Assembly: GCA_951406725.2 (NCBI GenBank)
Contig: OX597826.1
Coordinates: 49,910,001-49,974,000, forward strand
Direction: 5' to 3'
Source: Octopus vulgaris
Lineage: Eukaryota
Length of the DNA: 64,000 bases
Shown here: positions 27,761 to 42,471 of the stretch, one piece after another
Position numbering within the stretch: the stretch's first letter is position 1
Layout of the letters: each line of letters starts with the position of its first letter
Position numbers and translations under genes: made by a program
Notes under the pieces: generated by a model
Database searches by the model: none
Seen by the model: only the letters and a program-made list of their open reading frames with translations
What the model was told of the DNA's origin: nothing

Positions 27761-28554
27761 AAAAAATTCGTGTTGGTGGCTTCAACAACAGTTTGTGTAT
27801 ATCTACATGTGATTACGACCCGTTCCTTCTTGGAGATAGTTACCGCCATAGAAATAATATTTAAAAGTTAAAAAACAAATTTATCTAAATTGTATGATAT
27901 AAATTTGATTTCTCTCAAAGTTGATTTCTCTCAAAGAACGTCACGACGAAGGCATGGAAACGGTACTAAGCTTCCAATTCTTATCGAGTTCGTCGGGTTG
28001 GTGTGATATAGCTACATAGCCTTGAGCCCCGCTGATTGGATAAAGTCCCTATGATGCTGTGAGATATGCAAATCAGCTGCACGAACATATGTTAACGATT
28101 GTGAAAATGCATCTTACTACACACACGCAGCTACATGCATGTGTATGTGAGTGCGTATATATGTGTGTGTGTCTGTGAGTATGTGTATGTGTGTCTGTGA
28201 GTGTGTGTGTGTGTGTGTGTGTGTACTATATAGGTATATTCATGCGTATGTATGTACGCATATGTGTATATGTATATGCGTATGTCTAGATATGCAAGCA
28301 CATATGTGTGTGTGTGTGTGTGTTTCTACATGTATACGTATAAATATATATAGTTATATAGTTATGCATATATGTATGTATATATGTATGTGTGTGTGTT
28401 TTCTGTAATTTGAGATGCAATAATTGTGACTCAACGTTTCTTAACGAAGAGATCTACAGACAAAGTCCTTTATAAGTAATCATTAATCTACTTAACAGAT
28501 TCTTTGCAACAAACACGTGTTGAGCACTCCTGTTTCAGCCTTAACGAATTTGCA

Positions 28555-28640
<86 letters not shown>

Positions 28641-29846
28641 AGTGTGTGAGAGATAAGTAAGAAAAGAGGGAGAGAAAGAGAGATTGTATGAGTATAAGTG
28701 CAGCGCGTGCATAGTCAAGTTAAACAATATATGAATACGAATATTCTGTATATAATACGCATTATATTAATATATACGTACATACATGCATACATTCGTA
28801 CTGATACTCGCGAGCACACGCACACACATAAGAACACTCATATGGTGTGCCAAAAGATATACGTACACTGATACAACAAATTTAAGATATATCACAATAC
28901 AACAGATATATCATTAGTATCATCATCATCATCATTGATATTTTCATTATTATCATTATTATTATCATCGTCATTATTACTACTAATAATAATAGTAATG
29001 ATAATACTATTAGCACCTTTCAAACGATCTTTCATGTGATGATATGTTTTTTTTAAATCCAATTCTCTCTCCTTTCGTTTCTTTACACAAAAACCTTTTT
29101 TTCCGAAATTATTTTTAAAATTGAAAAAGTATAAATTTCTTTTTCTCTTTCTTCTTCTTTTTTGTTGCTGTTGTTGTTGTTGCTGCTGCTTCTAAAGACA
29201 GAGATATTCAACCAGCAATCATCACTGCCAATGCCAGCTGTTTCAAGTTTTATCTGCTTAGAGAATATTCTATTACAAAACCGGTTAGATAATTAAATCC
29301 TTCTTGTTGATAGTTAAGAATCATGAAAGTATATTTTGAATGTTAAATCCAAATTTATCTAAAGTCTATGATATATTTTTTTTCTCCCAAAGAATGTAAC
29401 GATGAAGCCAGGGAAATAGAAATAAGCTCAAAATACTTATCAAATTTGTTTCTGATTCCTCATGATATTTAAAAGAGGTGGAAAGAAGAGGCGGAATCAT
29501 TTAATACCAAAATAAAAATGCAGGAATTTCAGGCTCCATAACTGTTCAATGATTCTTCATAATCATTGTCTGTCTATTCATAATTTGCAGGAACACGAGT
29601 ATTTTGGTAAGATGACGTCTTTTGAGATCGAACTCCTTCCGATCATAATAATCCGGACCATAACTGAAAGAACTCTAACTCATTGAATATCTGAAAGCAA
29701 CGCTTGAAGGTTTCGTTTTCGTGCTCTATGTAGGGTAAATCAACACCGTTGAGCCCCATTCTTCTACAAAATATATCCACGGAGGTGTAATTTGTTACTA
29801 ACATTGCATCTTAATGAAACACCTGTCAATTCATCAATACGCATGT

Positions 29847-29904
<58 letters not shown>

Positions 29905-30030
29905 GGGGCGGTAGTAGTGGTGGTGGTGGTGGTGGTGGTGGTGGTGGTGGTGGTGGTGGTGGTGGTGGCGGCGGCGGCGGTGCTGCTGCTGCTGCTGGTC
30001 ATCGTCGTGGCAATGATAGTCGTGTTGCTA

Positions 30031-30245
30031 GGCGGCGGTGAGCTGGCAGAAACGTTAGCACGCCGGGCGAAATAGGTAGCGGTATTTCGTTTGCCGCTGC
30101 GTTCTGAGTTCAAATTCCGCCGAGGTCGACTTTGTCTTTCATCCCTTCGGGGTCGATAAACTAAGTACCAGTTGTGTACTAAAGTCGATCTAATCGACTG
30201 GTCCCCTCCCCCAAAATTTCGGGCCTTGTGCCAAGAAAAGAAAAG
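30031..30245 (+). mobile_element. Meta-like SINE, full length, alternative tail
   Basis: Family match; 16-bp TSD GATAGTCGTGTTGCTA at 30015-30030 and 30246-30261. Confidence 0.92.
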
Positions 30246-31338
30246 GATAGTCGTGTTGCTATTGGTATTGTTTATTTTTTGATGATTATGGTGATTACTG
30301 TATGTTGGTGGAGGCGGTGATGGTTGTATTATTTTTGGTGGTGATGATGATGGTTATGGCAGTCCTCTTTGCCGTTGTCTTCCTGATTGTAGTACTCGAG
30401 AACGCATTGTTGTGGCGGTACTATTCTTGGTGGTTGTAGTTATGTTCAAATTGTGAAGGAAAGAGCCCTAGTCGTTCAAATTCTATTTTCGTCCCTTTTT
30501 TATGTTTGTCTAGGTATAGTGTGCTTAGGCCTATTTAATACAACTTTAATACAACGTATCCTTCATTATATAAAAAGATACAGTGATTTGAAGGAGATTT
30601 GGTTGTCACTTCTGGCATGTTGAGTGACCATTTAAAGGTTCTCTCATTACCTTTACTCAGTACACATGTTGTTTATTAAGTTAAACTGTAGCTCAACTCA
30701 ACTGATACATTCATGAGTCAACTAACTCTGCCACATAAACATGCGAGCAGTGATAATGAGGTAATTGTAGCAAATATTTACACCGATAAGATGGCATAAT
30801 ATCGACTTGTCTAACTGGGAATCTAACACATTTGCATATGGAAATGAACAGGGTAGCAGAGTGATAGAAAACTATCTTTGTGGGCCAAAACACTACACTA
30901 GGACAAGCTGAACTATCATGTATCATTGTGTTGATAATTAGTTGTTAATAATTAAACTAGCAAATTGTTAAATCATGATATTTGGGAGGGGTTTTCGAGA
31001 TTCCACTAAAATTTCGATCGTTGTTTCTCAACTATTTTTGCACCTCCACTCACTTTGATGCGCCCCAAAATAGGTGTGTGTCACCATGATCGGGCAAAGC
31101 ATATACCTATTTCTTTACTACCCACAAAGGGCTAAACACAGAGAGGACAAACAAGGACAGACAAACGGATTAAGTCGATTATATCGATCCCAATGCGTAA
31201 CTGAATTTGAACTCAGAACATAACGGCGGACGGAATACGGCTAACCATTTCGCCCGGTCTGCTAACGCTTCTACCAGCTCGCGGGCAAAGCATATACCAC
31301 TCACTCATACATACATATATACGCACACGCACACACAT

Positions 31339-31376
<38 letters not shown>

Positions 31377-31895
31377 CTTGTTCTGCTATGTCAGAGGACT
31401 TGCAACGACGATTATCCTCCACACTTCTCTTAACAAGGAGAAGGATCCTGTCATAGGGCCCCGATCATCCTGGACGTTGTGATGTAGGTTCGTTCTCCCT
31501 CTCTGGTGAATTGCCTAATCAGTCTATTTACTGTAGAAAGCAGGATCCCAAGGATTTCTCCGATTTTATGCTATGCCCCCCTCCCTTGAAATTGACCCAC
31601 AATATATTATATATAGGCTCTTTGAAATTCAGACAGTTCTGAAGGTTCTTTTGTAAAGGGTACGATTAAAGAGTCACATCTAGAATCTGAAGCATAAAAA
31701 TATCAATTAATAAAAAAACATAAACCTTTACAAATTAGAATAAATATAAAACGATGTTTTATGGGGTGTCTATTTACTTCTGTCATATGTGTGCGTATGT
31801 GTACATATATATATATATATATGTATACACACACACACGCACACGTATGAGTGTGTATGTATATAATTGTACATATGTTTATATATGGATAGGTG

Positions 31896-31938
<43 letters not shown>

Positions 31939-32110
31939 TCGAGAGTGTGCATTAATGTGATACACTTTACCAGATATTTTTGACTCAGCCTTCTGATCAA
32001 CACTTCCACTCCTATACCCGTAGTGTGTTATAACCGTATTATCCCAAAAGAGATAGGCGAGGCAGTAATTAATATGGGTCGTATAATATTGGTTTTGTGA
32101 TTATATATGC

Positions 32111-32142
<32 letters not shown>

Positions 32143-32171
32143 ATATATATGTGTTATCTTACCGTTTTTAT

Positions 32172-32208
<37 letters not shown>

Positions 32209-32281
32209 TATATGCCCACACATAAACAACCAGGGTGTGCGTTGCGCTACATGGATGTATCAAGGGTTGAACAGACAACAT

Positions 32282-32313
<32 letters not shown>

Positions 32314-32944
32314 TCTGTTTCTCCACTCCTCTGTTCCTTCCTTCTCTCTTTCTCTCTCTCTCTCTCTCTTTCTCTGTATCCTATTCTTTCTCTATATATA
32401 TTCTTCCTCTACCCTTCCACGTGACCGGTGTTCAGTGAAGGTGCTGTTGTCCTTTGACCAAACTGGTCATGCTGGTCTGGGTTCCTGATGCGTCCATTAG
32501 GACTTACTCCATTTCACCCTGCGCTACTGCACTTAGTTCGTTTGATAGCTGCAAATCGTTTTCTGTTGTATTTGTGGTGTTTGTATAATTATTATTATTA
32601 TTTTTCCTCTGTTGTATATATCCGTAAGGCTTCGTGCTGTTATATATGCATAATTCTTCGTCTGTTGTATTTATATAATGTCTTGTTTGTTTCTGCTTCG
32701 GTATATATTCGCTAGCTTTTTCTCAGTAGCTTAATAACAGCACTGGCACCTCCAGAATTGAGTGGTCTCAATGATAATGGCGCGAAATCACGATGATATT
32801 TTGGTTCATTGACTTACAAGAAAAATTCAACTGCGAATATTCCGTGTACCGTGTCTAGTCTCCCGTTTGCTCTGCTTCCGTCTAACTTTTTCTTTGTTCT
32901 GTTCTCTCTGTTTAACCCTTCATATATATATGTGTGTGTGTGTC

Positions 32945-32995
<51 letters not shown>

Positions 32996-33219
32996 TTTTG
33001 TGTGTATATATATATATATATTCACTCAAAAGCAGTCTTAATTGAAACATTATTGCAAATTTATTTGATTGTTAGTTACACCCCATTCTGAAGTAATCCA
33101 CGCCCCCACCAAAATATTTCCACACCCCGACTTCTGAAACATTGATTTAGGTTATCAAAGAATCGCTACCGGATGTTGTGACATCTGAAAATAACTTTTC
33201 CTTTCTCTCCTCTCTCTTC

Positions 33220-33251
<32 letters not shown>

Positions 33252-34159
33252 TTATATATATATATCTTCTTTTCTCTCTCTTGGTCTCTCATTTTTCTCT
33301 ATCTTATTCTCTCTCTCTCTCTCTCTCTCTCTCTTCCCTTATCTATCTCTTTCACACACACTCTTTATCTTTCTTTGATAAGATAGGATGGGTATGACTG
33401 GAACGACAATGGCAACCTTGAAGATGAACAACAACATCATCACCATCTTCATCATCATCATCGTCATCATCATCAATAACAACAACAACAATAACTTTTT
33501 CTACTATAGGTACACAATGCTTGAAATTAGTGGGGAGAAAGGGGCAAGTCGTTTACCAAGAACCCAGTGTTCGACACTGAAACGGTGGGGAGCAAAATCG
33601 ACCCCAGCAGAATTTGAACTCAGAACGTAAAGCCGAAACAAATACCTCTAAGCATTCTGCTCCATAACAACAACGGCCACAATTTCTATAAATTAGCTGA
33701 GAGACTCCGACGCGTTCTTAAACAGAAATAGGGGGTCCTTTTCGCAGGTCGCTTGTTGGCAAACCCTTCCTCGGCGTTCTCTTAAAACCCCGCCAGTCAG
33801 CTGATATAACGCCCCCTAAAATAGCAACGTTAAGGTCCATGCCAGTTCAACCTTGGCATTTCCTCAAGATAAAGCCAGTCACAACTGAATTAAGTTTGTC
33901 AAATCCTTTGCCAACTGATATTCCTTCGACGAGAAAGAACCAAATTATAAACTCACGTGAGGTCACTGCGTGCGTTACACTCCCTCCCCCACCGTCAGCA
34001 CGACCACCGCCAAAAACAACCTAACTTCCTTAATATATTTCTGATTTCTGATTAGCTAGCATATGAGAGCTTACTCTTGTACTTTCTCTCTCACTCTCAC
34101 TCTCTTACAACCTATCTATCAATCTGTCCATCTACACACACACACACACATACATACAT

Positions 34160-34209
<50 letters not shown>

Positions 34210-34326
34210 ACTCTCACTCCATTTTCATTTCTTTTTTTCTGTAACTTTCTCTCAACCTCTTCGCCTCATCCTCTCCTGCTCCGATACCATATATATATAT
34301 ATATATATATATATCACTCTCACTCC

Positions 34327-34425
<99 letters not shown>

Positions 34426-34428
34426 ATG

Positions 34429-34471
<43 letters not shown>

Positions 34472-34534
34472 ATACATATGTGTATGTATGTTTTCTTATG
34501 CCGACTGTCAGTGAATGTATGTACGTATAATACG

Positions 34535-34576
<42 letters not shown>

Positions 34577-34822
34577 TGCGTGTGTGTGTGTGTGTGTGTG
34601 TGTATGTTTGTGTCATTGTACCTGTGCTTGTCTCCACACCGTCGCTTGACAACCGATCTTGGTGTGTTTATGTCCCCGTAACTTAGCGGTTCTGCAAAAT
34701 AAGTACCAAACTTACAAAGAATAAGTCCTGTGGTCGATTTTTTCGACTAAAAGGTGATGCTCCAGCATTGTCATAGTCAAGTGACTGAAAGAAATAAAAG
34801 AATATATATATATGCATGTATT

Positions 34823-35426
34823 TACCGGATGCGATGGGTAAAATCTCACCACGCTTATTGCCTGCTTCAGATTTTGTCCACTACACAGTATAGTAGGGGC
34901 AGTTGGGCACCGACTGTGAGAAAAACAGCACCATGACGCAGTTCACTCTGCCAGGAATTTAGTAGCGACATTCTGTACTGCTTGGTATTCGCACCGGAAG
35001 CTCCAATACGAACATGTACCGAGAGTGATAAAAATCAAACATGCATTCAATGGTGTTCGGGGTGATCGCTAGTGATGACGACATTACGCCTCCATTCATC
35101 TTCCCATACGGCCTCAGACTCAACACGGAGGCCTACATCATGTGGCTGGAGGAGGTAGTGCCGCCCTGAGTTAAGATGGTGGATGCTGGGAGACCCTGTG
35201 TCTCGCAACAGGACACTGCACCGTTGCCACACAAGCAGGAGAACCTAGCCATGGCTGTCAGACAATTTCTGCGACCACATCACCCTTAACAACTGGACAC
35301 TTAACTCCCCACATTGAAACCCTCTTGATTATTATTGTGGGGCGCAGTTGAGCGAGAGACCAACAAAACTCCTTGTAACACAAAAGATGACTCAAGGCAA
35401 GGATTATGGCAGCATCCACCAACTTA
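34823..35426 (+). pseudogene. DD37D (maT-type) Tc1/mariner transposase fragment
   Basis: Degenerate translation MVFGVIASDDDITPPFIF...QQDTAP/CHTSRRT*PWL...NSPH*NPLDYY/WGAVE, with 37 residues between QQD and PLD; truncated by a SINE at 35427. Confidence 0.8.
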
Positions 35427-35846
35427 TGCTGGTGTGTTTACGTCCCCGTAACTTAGCAGTTTGGCAAAAGAGACCGATAGAATAAGTACTAGGCTTACAA
35501 AGAATAAATCCTGGGGTCAATTTGTCGACTAAAGGCGGTGCTCCAGCATGGCCACAGTCAAATGACTGAAACAAGAAAAAGAGTAAAAGAGAGTAAAGAG
35601 TATCTATATATATATATATACACACACTCACATACGTGCATGCATCGACTATCAGTATAAGACAAAAACATGGCATCAGCACAGCTGTGAAATGGTTAAA
35701 GGTCGTGTAAATTATGGTCCTTAGTATGGAGAATCATTGCGAAAGTACGTAAGATACATACGTACATACATGTGTATATATATATAAATGTGTGCGTGTC
35801 TGTGTATGTTTATATGTATGTATATATACATATATGTGTGTGTGTG

Positions 35847-35908
<62 letters not shown>

Positions 35909-35917
35909 CATACGTAT

Positions 35918-35949
<32 letters not shown>

Positions 35950-35970
35950 GTATATATATATATACATATG

Positions 35971-36049
<79 letters not shown>

Positions 36050-36728
36050 TAGATAGATACATACATAAATACATACATACATACAAACATATATACATAC
36101 ATACATACATACATAAACACATACATGATACATACATATATATATGTATATGTACGTGCGTGTATACATATGCGTGCGTATGTGTATATATGTATGTATG
36201 TGTGTGTATGTATGTATATATATACGTGTGTGTGTATGTATATATATATATGTATGTATATGTATGTATATATGTGTGTGTGTGTATGTATGTATATATG
36301 AAGAGGGACAAGAGTGTGATGTAAAGTGTGTTGAGGAAGCACTACACAGATTAATGATAAGAGAGTGTATATAAATAGATGGGAAATAGCAACGATAAAA
36401 ATATTGCGGATAAGAGGATAAGATTAAAGTGTGGGACGATTTAGCATGTGGTAACAGTATTGGTGTTAGTACTGGTGGTTGCACTGTAATTGGTGGAAAC
36501 ATGTGATAGTAGTTGTGGGGTGTTTTGTTGCGGTGGCGATGGTTGTACAGGACCTGTAGGGATGGCTGCGGCGGCGATCGTGGTAAAAGTGGTTGTTGTG
36601 GTCTTGGTGGTGGTGGTGGTGGTGCTGGTAGTGGTGGTGGTGGTGGTGGTGGTGGTGGTAGTGATGATGATGCTAGTGGTACGGAATCTGGCTATGATTG
36701 AAATGATGGTGGTATATTGCTATCTGAA

Positions 36729-36784
<56 letters not shown>

Positions 36785-36909
36785 GGCGTAAACACATAAA
36801 TGTGAAACAAGGTGGAAAAAAGAGTACTCAAATACCAGTGGTAGAGTAATATGCTTTATTTAAAGCAGCAGAAAATTCAAAAAAAAAAAATTCTGCTGCT
36901 TTAAATAAA

Positions 36910-36971
<62 letters not shown>

Positions 36972-36979
<8 letters not shown>

Positions 36980-37600
36980 TTAATAAGGGTGAGAGAATTA
37001 GATACTAATTTAATAGCATATCTATTCAACACCAAGTGACCATTCAACACATAGTGACCATTCTCTTATATTTATTTTTGCATAAAATGTTATAATATAT
37101 TATAAAATATTATAATAATCCAGGTTTCTCGAGGCACTGGGCCACTTGGTGTAGAATAGATATGCTATTAAATTAGTATCTAATTCTCTCACCCTTATTA
37201 ATTAATTATGATTATGCTACATTTATTTCTAAATGTAGTATTTGTTTCCGTGAAAGTTTGGCGCGCTGTTGGTAAGGGCATTTGAATTATAACGTCGGAT
37301 GTAATCAATTGAACCACACGTGTATTTATCGTTATGGTAAAATCTGGCGTGTGATAGTTTTGGCTGAGGAGCTACAAGTGGGTTTTTTGTAAGTAAAATT
37401 ACATTTAATTCATTAATAGCGAAACAATTGTCCCAAAATAATCTGTATTTTTGTTATTTTTTATTTGCCCTGTTCGTGTGAGCTAACAATCGTACTGACT
37501 TTCATAGGAAACATGTATTTTTGTGGTTGAAACCTTTTGGATTTTCTAGTGCTAGAATGAGCCACATAGTGACCATTCTCTTATATTTATTTTTATATTT
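36972..37600. mobile_element. (TA)n-flanked fold-back element with PLE-pLTR-like architecture
   Basis: 70-bp inverted repeat (36972-37041 / 37140-37209, 2 mismatches) plus a 32-bp direct repeat starting at 37048 and 37563. Confidence 0.6.
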
Positions 37601-37603
37601 TTA

Positions 37604-37750
<147 letters not shown>

Positions 37751-37763
37751 ACATACATATATA

Positions 37764-37999
37764 CAGGGTTGGCCAAAGGTCACCTGACCATAAATCAAAA
37801 CCATTTAATTCCAAAATTTTTGTATATTTAACAACTGCATGAATTTAATAAAAGCATCTAAATATGAATAAAACATCATGAAAATTGTTCAAACTGAAGT
37901 CTTTCTTGAGCGACGCATTTTTCCATTCGAGTCAATACAGAATTACAGATAGTATTTATGGAATTTTCATTTACTGTCAGGTGACTTTGGACCAGCATG
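37764..37999. mobile_element. Tc1/mariner-type MITE
   Basis: TIRs CAGGGTTGGCCAAAGGTCACCTGAC / GTCAGGTGACTTTGGACCAGCATG with TA on the left; one end repeated at about 52493-52537. Confidence 0.7.
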
Positions 38000-39456
38000 T
38001 GTGTATGTGTATCTATGTATGTATGTATGTATCTATCTATCTATCTATATATGTGCTGAGGTGTGTGGGACCACGCTTTAGTCTCCTATACTTTCCAGCT
38101 TTACTCCGACTCAGAATAGTAACACCTGTTAGGTTCCTTGCTATGGGTTAATTAGCATGTAAACCACTGGGAGTGAAGGACCCCTAGTCCTGGTTAGAAC
38201 TTCCATCTAAGAAAAGATAAGCTCGTTTATCAAAAAAAAAAAAATGAAATGTTGGTTTATGGTCGTCTCAACCTCCGTTGTGCCACTGGTTTTATAGCTG
38301 ATTGCGCTGAAAAGAGGGATCAATGTTGTGCAAAACTTTATCCATTCAAAACAAATTCGCGCATAAGAACTTCTTGGTTTCTCGAAATGTTTGCATGAAC
38401 TTTCTAAGATTAAGAAGTGGTTGTACTCGATCACGAGTATGTTTATGTATATGCAAACTGATAAATATTCATACACACACAAGAGTGTGTGTGTGTGTGT
38501 GTGTGCAGGCGTGGCTGTATAGTAAGAAGTTTGCTTCTCAACGCCGTGGTTCCGTGTTCAGTCCCACTGCGTGGAGACTTTGGTAAGTGTCTTCTGCTAT
38601 AGCCCCAGGCCGGTCAAAGTTTTATTAGTGGATTTGGTAGACGGAAGGATCTATATCAAGCACAGTGTTAAGTGGCTTGACGGTCTTACTGTGTTGGTTT
38701 TGTCTGCTCTTTCCATGTCCAACACCCTTTAAGGAATTTTGGACTCAGTAGACAGTTATGTTCATGGAACAGTTTTTCGTTTTAATACAAACTGTTCTGA
38801 AAACTTTTTCTTCCATTGTAACGCAATATATCTTTGACTTGTTTTAGTTATTGGACAGCAATCTGATTAGGGAGACCAGGAGTAATTATTTGTGGAGGCC
38901 ACTTTCCCGCTTCTGTCGATAACGCTGAGTAGATTTCACCGCCATATCTTCAATTACCCACCAAAAGTGAAACCGAAAGATGGAAAAGCAAATAATGACT
39001 CCCACTCTAAAACGGTTGATGGCACTCTGCTTCAAAATATTTAGCTGGGATGACTGGATGTGATTGAGGAAGATCTCCAGAGACTCAATATCCTCTGTGT
39101 TGGCTATGTGTGCTCCATCCATGCCCAACATTCTTAAAGGAATGTGAGGGTCGGCAGACAGTCCTGCTGATCGAACAAATTTTCGTTTTAATACATACTG
39201 TTCGGACAACTTTTTTCTTCTACTGTAACGCAATATATCTTTCATAATTTATTTTTTGCTTGCTTCAGTCAATGGACTTGCAGCCATACTGGGGCACCGC
39301 CTTAAAGGGTTTCGTCGGAAAAATCCACCCCAGTACTTATTTTTTGTAAAGCCTGGTACTTAAACAATAGATATCTTTTGCCGGACCGCTAATGTTACGG
39401 GGACGTAAAACAAACCAACACCGATTGTCAAGCGGTAGTGGCAGAGAAAAACAAAT

Positions 39457-39487
<31 letters not shown>

Positions 39488-39680
39488 TGTGGCTAGCTAC
39501 ACCAATGACTGAATAGAAAGAGAATTAGCGAACAGGCGATGTTACCGGATGCCTGTTGCTGATGAAACACATGACACACTGAAATCACGCGATAAAACAG
39601 TTCCACCGCCCGTGCCCCACATTTTCCCAACTAATACCGATATTATATAGCTGAAGGATTAAAATTAATCATAGGACTAA

Positions 39681-39800
<120 letters not shown>

Positions 39801-40232
39801 ATAGTTAATCCAAACAAGAAAGCATAAAAGAAAACACAACAACGCGAGGACGTGGAACAAATATAGTATTATTGGACGCTCAGGAAAGAAGGAGGGTTTA
39901 ACGTTTCGAGCGGAGCTCTTCGTCGGAAACATAGGAGAAGGAAAGATCCAGAGAAGGGAAGACAGAGGAAAAAATATCGCCAACGGTACACACGAGGTCA
40001 CATGAGTTTTTTCTTTTCAGTTTTCGGCTACCAAATAGTCACAAGGATTTAGTCGGCCTGGGGCTAAAGTAGAAGACACTTGTTCAAGTTACAACGTAGT
40101 GGATATGAACCAGGAACAATATGACTGGGAAGCAAACCCTTTACCATACAGCCACACCTGCGCAAATGAGTGTGTGTGTGTGTGTGTGTGTCTGTGTCTG
40201 TGTGTGTGTCTGTCTGACTGTCTGTGTCTGTG

Positions 40233-40281
<49 letters not shown>

Positions 40282-40586
40282 ATAATAGTAAATATTAGGG
40301 AATAAATCTAAATTTACAGGGAAAAAATAGTGGTTTTGTCTCGAATTAATATTATATATATATATATATATATATTATATATGTGTGTGTGTGTATAAAC
40401 ATGCATTTATACATATATACATGTATATGCATACACTTATATATACATGGATGCATAAATACACAGACACACATATACACATACATATATAATTATATAC
40501 ATACACACACACACACTCATACATGTATATATACATGCAATCATTCATTCCATTTCATTTCAAATATATAAGTAGAAATACACACC

Positions 40587-40634
<48 letters not shown>

Positions 40635-41231
40635 CCACTGACAAATGTAGAAATATGTATATATATATATATATATGTGTGTGTGTTTGTGTGTCTTTGT
40701 ATTTATGTATACATATCCGTTTTCGGCCATTATCTGTTAATTTATCTTGAATCTCTACTCCCTTTCTTACTACCACTAACACGATTATCACCGTTTCTTT
40801 CTAATTCCCATCGCTATTCCTCCTCCTCTTTCTGCTTCCCCTCCCACCCTTATTTACTCATGTTTCTCTTTATTCCCCCCTCCCACTCTTACCCTTTTCT
40901 TTCTCTTTATTCCCCCCTCCCACTCTTACTCTTTTCTTTCTCCTCCCCTCATTTAGATTCACTTTCCCATTCTCTCAATCACTCTCTTCACTTAATTTTT
41001 ACTTCCCCACACCCATGGTTAGTATACATACATGCGTATATACATATGTGTGTGTGTGTGTGTGAGAGTGTATGTATATATGCAGGTATGTAAAGGCATG
41101 TATGTGTGAATGCATTTATGTGTGTATATGTATGGGTATGTACTTATAGTATGTAAGCTTGTATAAATTGTAAATTTTCATATGTACGTGTGCGTGTGTG
41201 TGTGTGTGTGTATGTGTGTGTATGTGTGTGT

Positions 41232-41300
<69 letters not shown>

Positions 41301-41369
41301 CGCGAAGTCACTGTGAGGTCTTTCGTGAGTGCTACTGTAACAGTAGCACATGGACTCTGATACAACTTG

Positions 41370-41920
41370 TTGCATGATCGGGTTATCAGCGACTAAACTG
41401 GCACCTTCACTAGGCTTGCCAGGTGAGGAGGATTGTTAGAAACCCAGCAGGACTAAAAAAAACAAGACCTGTCAAAAGGACGGATGAACCTAGTATAAGT
41501 TCATCGATTGTCTAACAATAACACGAGTCCTCAGGAGTCTTAGGTTGCTGTCCGGCGTGCTAGAAAGCTACTAGGAGTGAAGCACCCCTCAACTATTTTT
41601 AAAGCATGTCTCTAGAAGAAAGTCACTGTGATATAAAACCAGATATGCAGGTGATGGCATTGAACATTTTGGAGATCTTTTGCTTGCACATGAAATCATG
41701 GTATCCCCTCATTCTTGAACCTTCGACTCATATTTGCATTGGATATCTTGTCCCAGCTTGCCTCTGGATCATGTCAGTAGGGTGGAGAGAGCATGTGATG
41801 TGCTGTGCAAGCCTTATTGGAACTCAAATTTTAGGTTGTGCAACCGCCGGCGAGCTATCTGATGCCCGAGCAAGTGAAGGGGGCGCCACGGACGCGTACT
41901 CGACTGAAGCCAATTACTGG
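41370..41920 (+). mobile_element. Probable LINE (RTE-like) 5' region fragment
   Basis: GC-richer segment with AAGACCTGTCAAAAGGACGGATGAAC, resembling recalled RTE 5' UTRs; no protein motif found. Confidence 0.3.
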
Positions 41921-42178
41921 TGCAATAACTTCATGTTCATAGTAATCGCGTAAGCGCGCATGTCCATGCATACACATGCGCGCCCGCACACCCACGTACG
42001 CGCATGTGTATATATGGTCATGCGCGCTTACGTGATTACTATGAACATTTTTACTCCCTTAGCTTTACTCCTACCCCTTAGCGATCATTGTAATAGCTCT
42101 TTTGCCTTAATAACGGTCATGACACAGTAATTTCCCTTTGTTTAACGGTCATTTTCATAGCATTTTTTTCGATAGCCC

Positions 42179-42239
42179 GATAACTGAAGAGATGCCGGCG
42201 TGGGTTTCCACCCCGACATCCGAAATTCGGAGTTTTATC
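42179..42239 (+). ncRNA. Type I hammerhead-like motif (extra C before GAAA)
   Basis: GATAA-CTGAAGA-GATGCCGG...CCGACATC-C-GAAA-TTCGGAG-TT-TTATC. Confidence 0.6.
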
Positions 42240-42397
42240 ATGGGTACCGAATAATTGTCAAATATTATATTTACAGATAAATTCCTCTATTTACATAAGA
42301 TCGAGGTCTCTTTCATTCTTTTGTTGTCTTGCCATTTCTATCACATATATGTATGTGTGTATATATATATATACATTTATGTGTGTGTGTGTGTGTG

Positions 42398-42471
<74 letters not shown>

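Noticed and set aside
29584-29612. 16-nt micro-exon (TTTGCAG...GTAAGA)
   Set aside because: Too short to distinguish from chance
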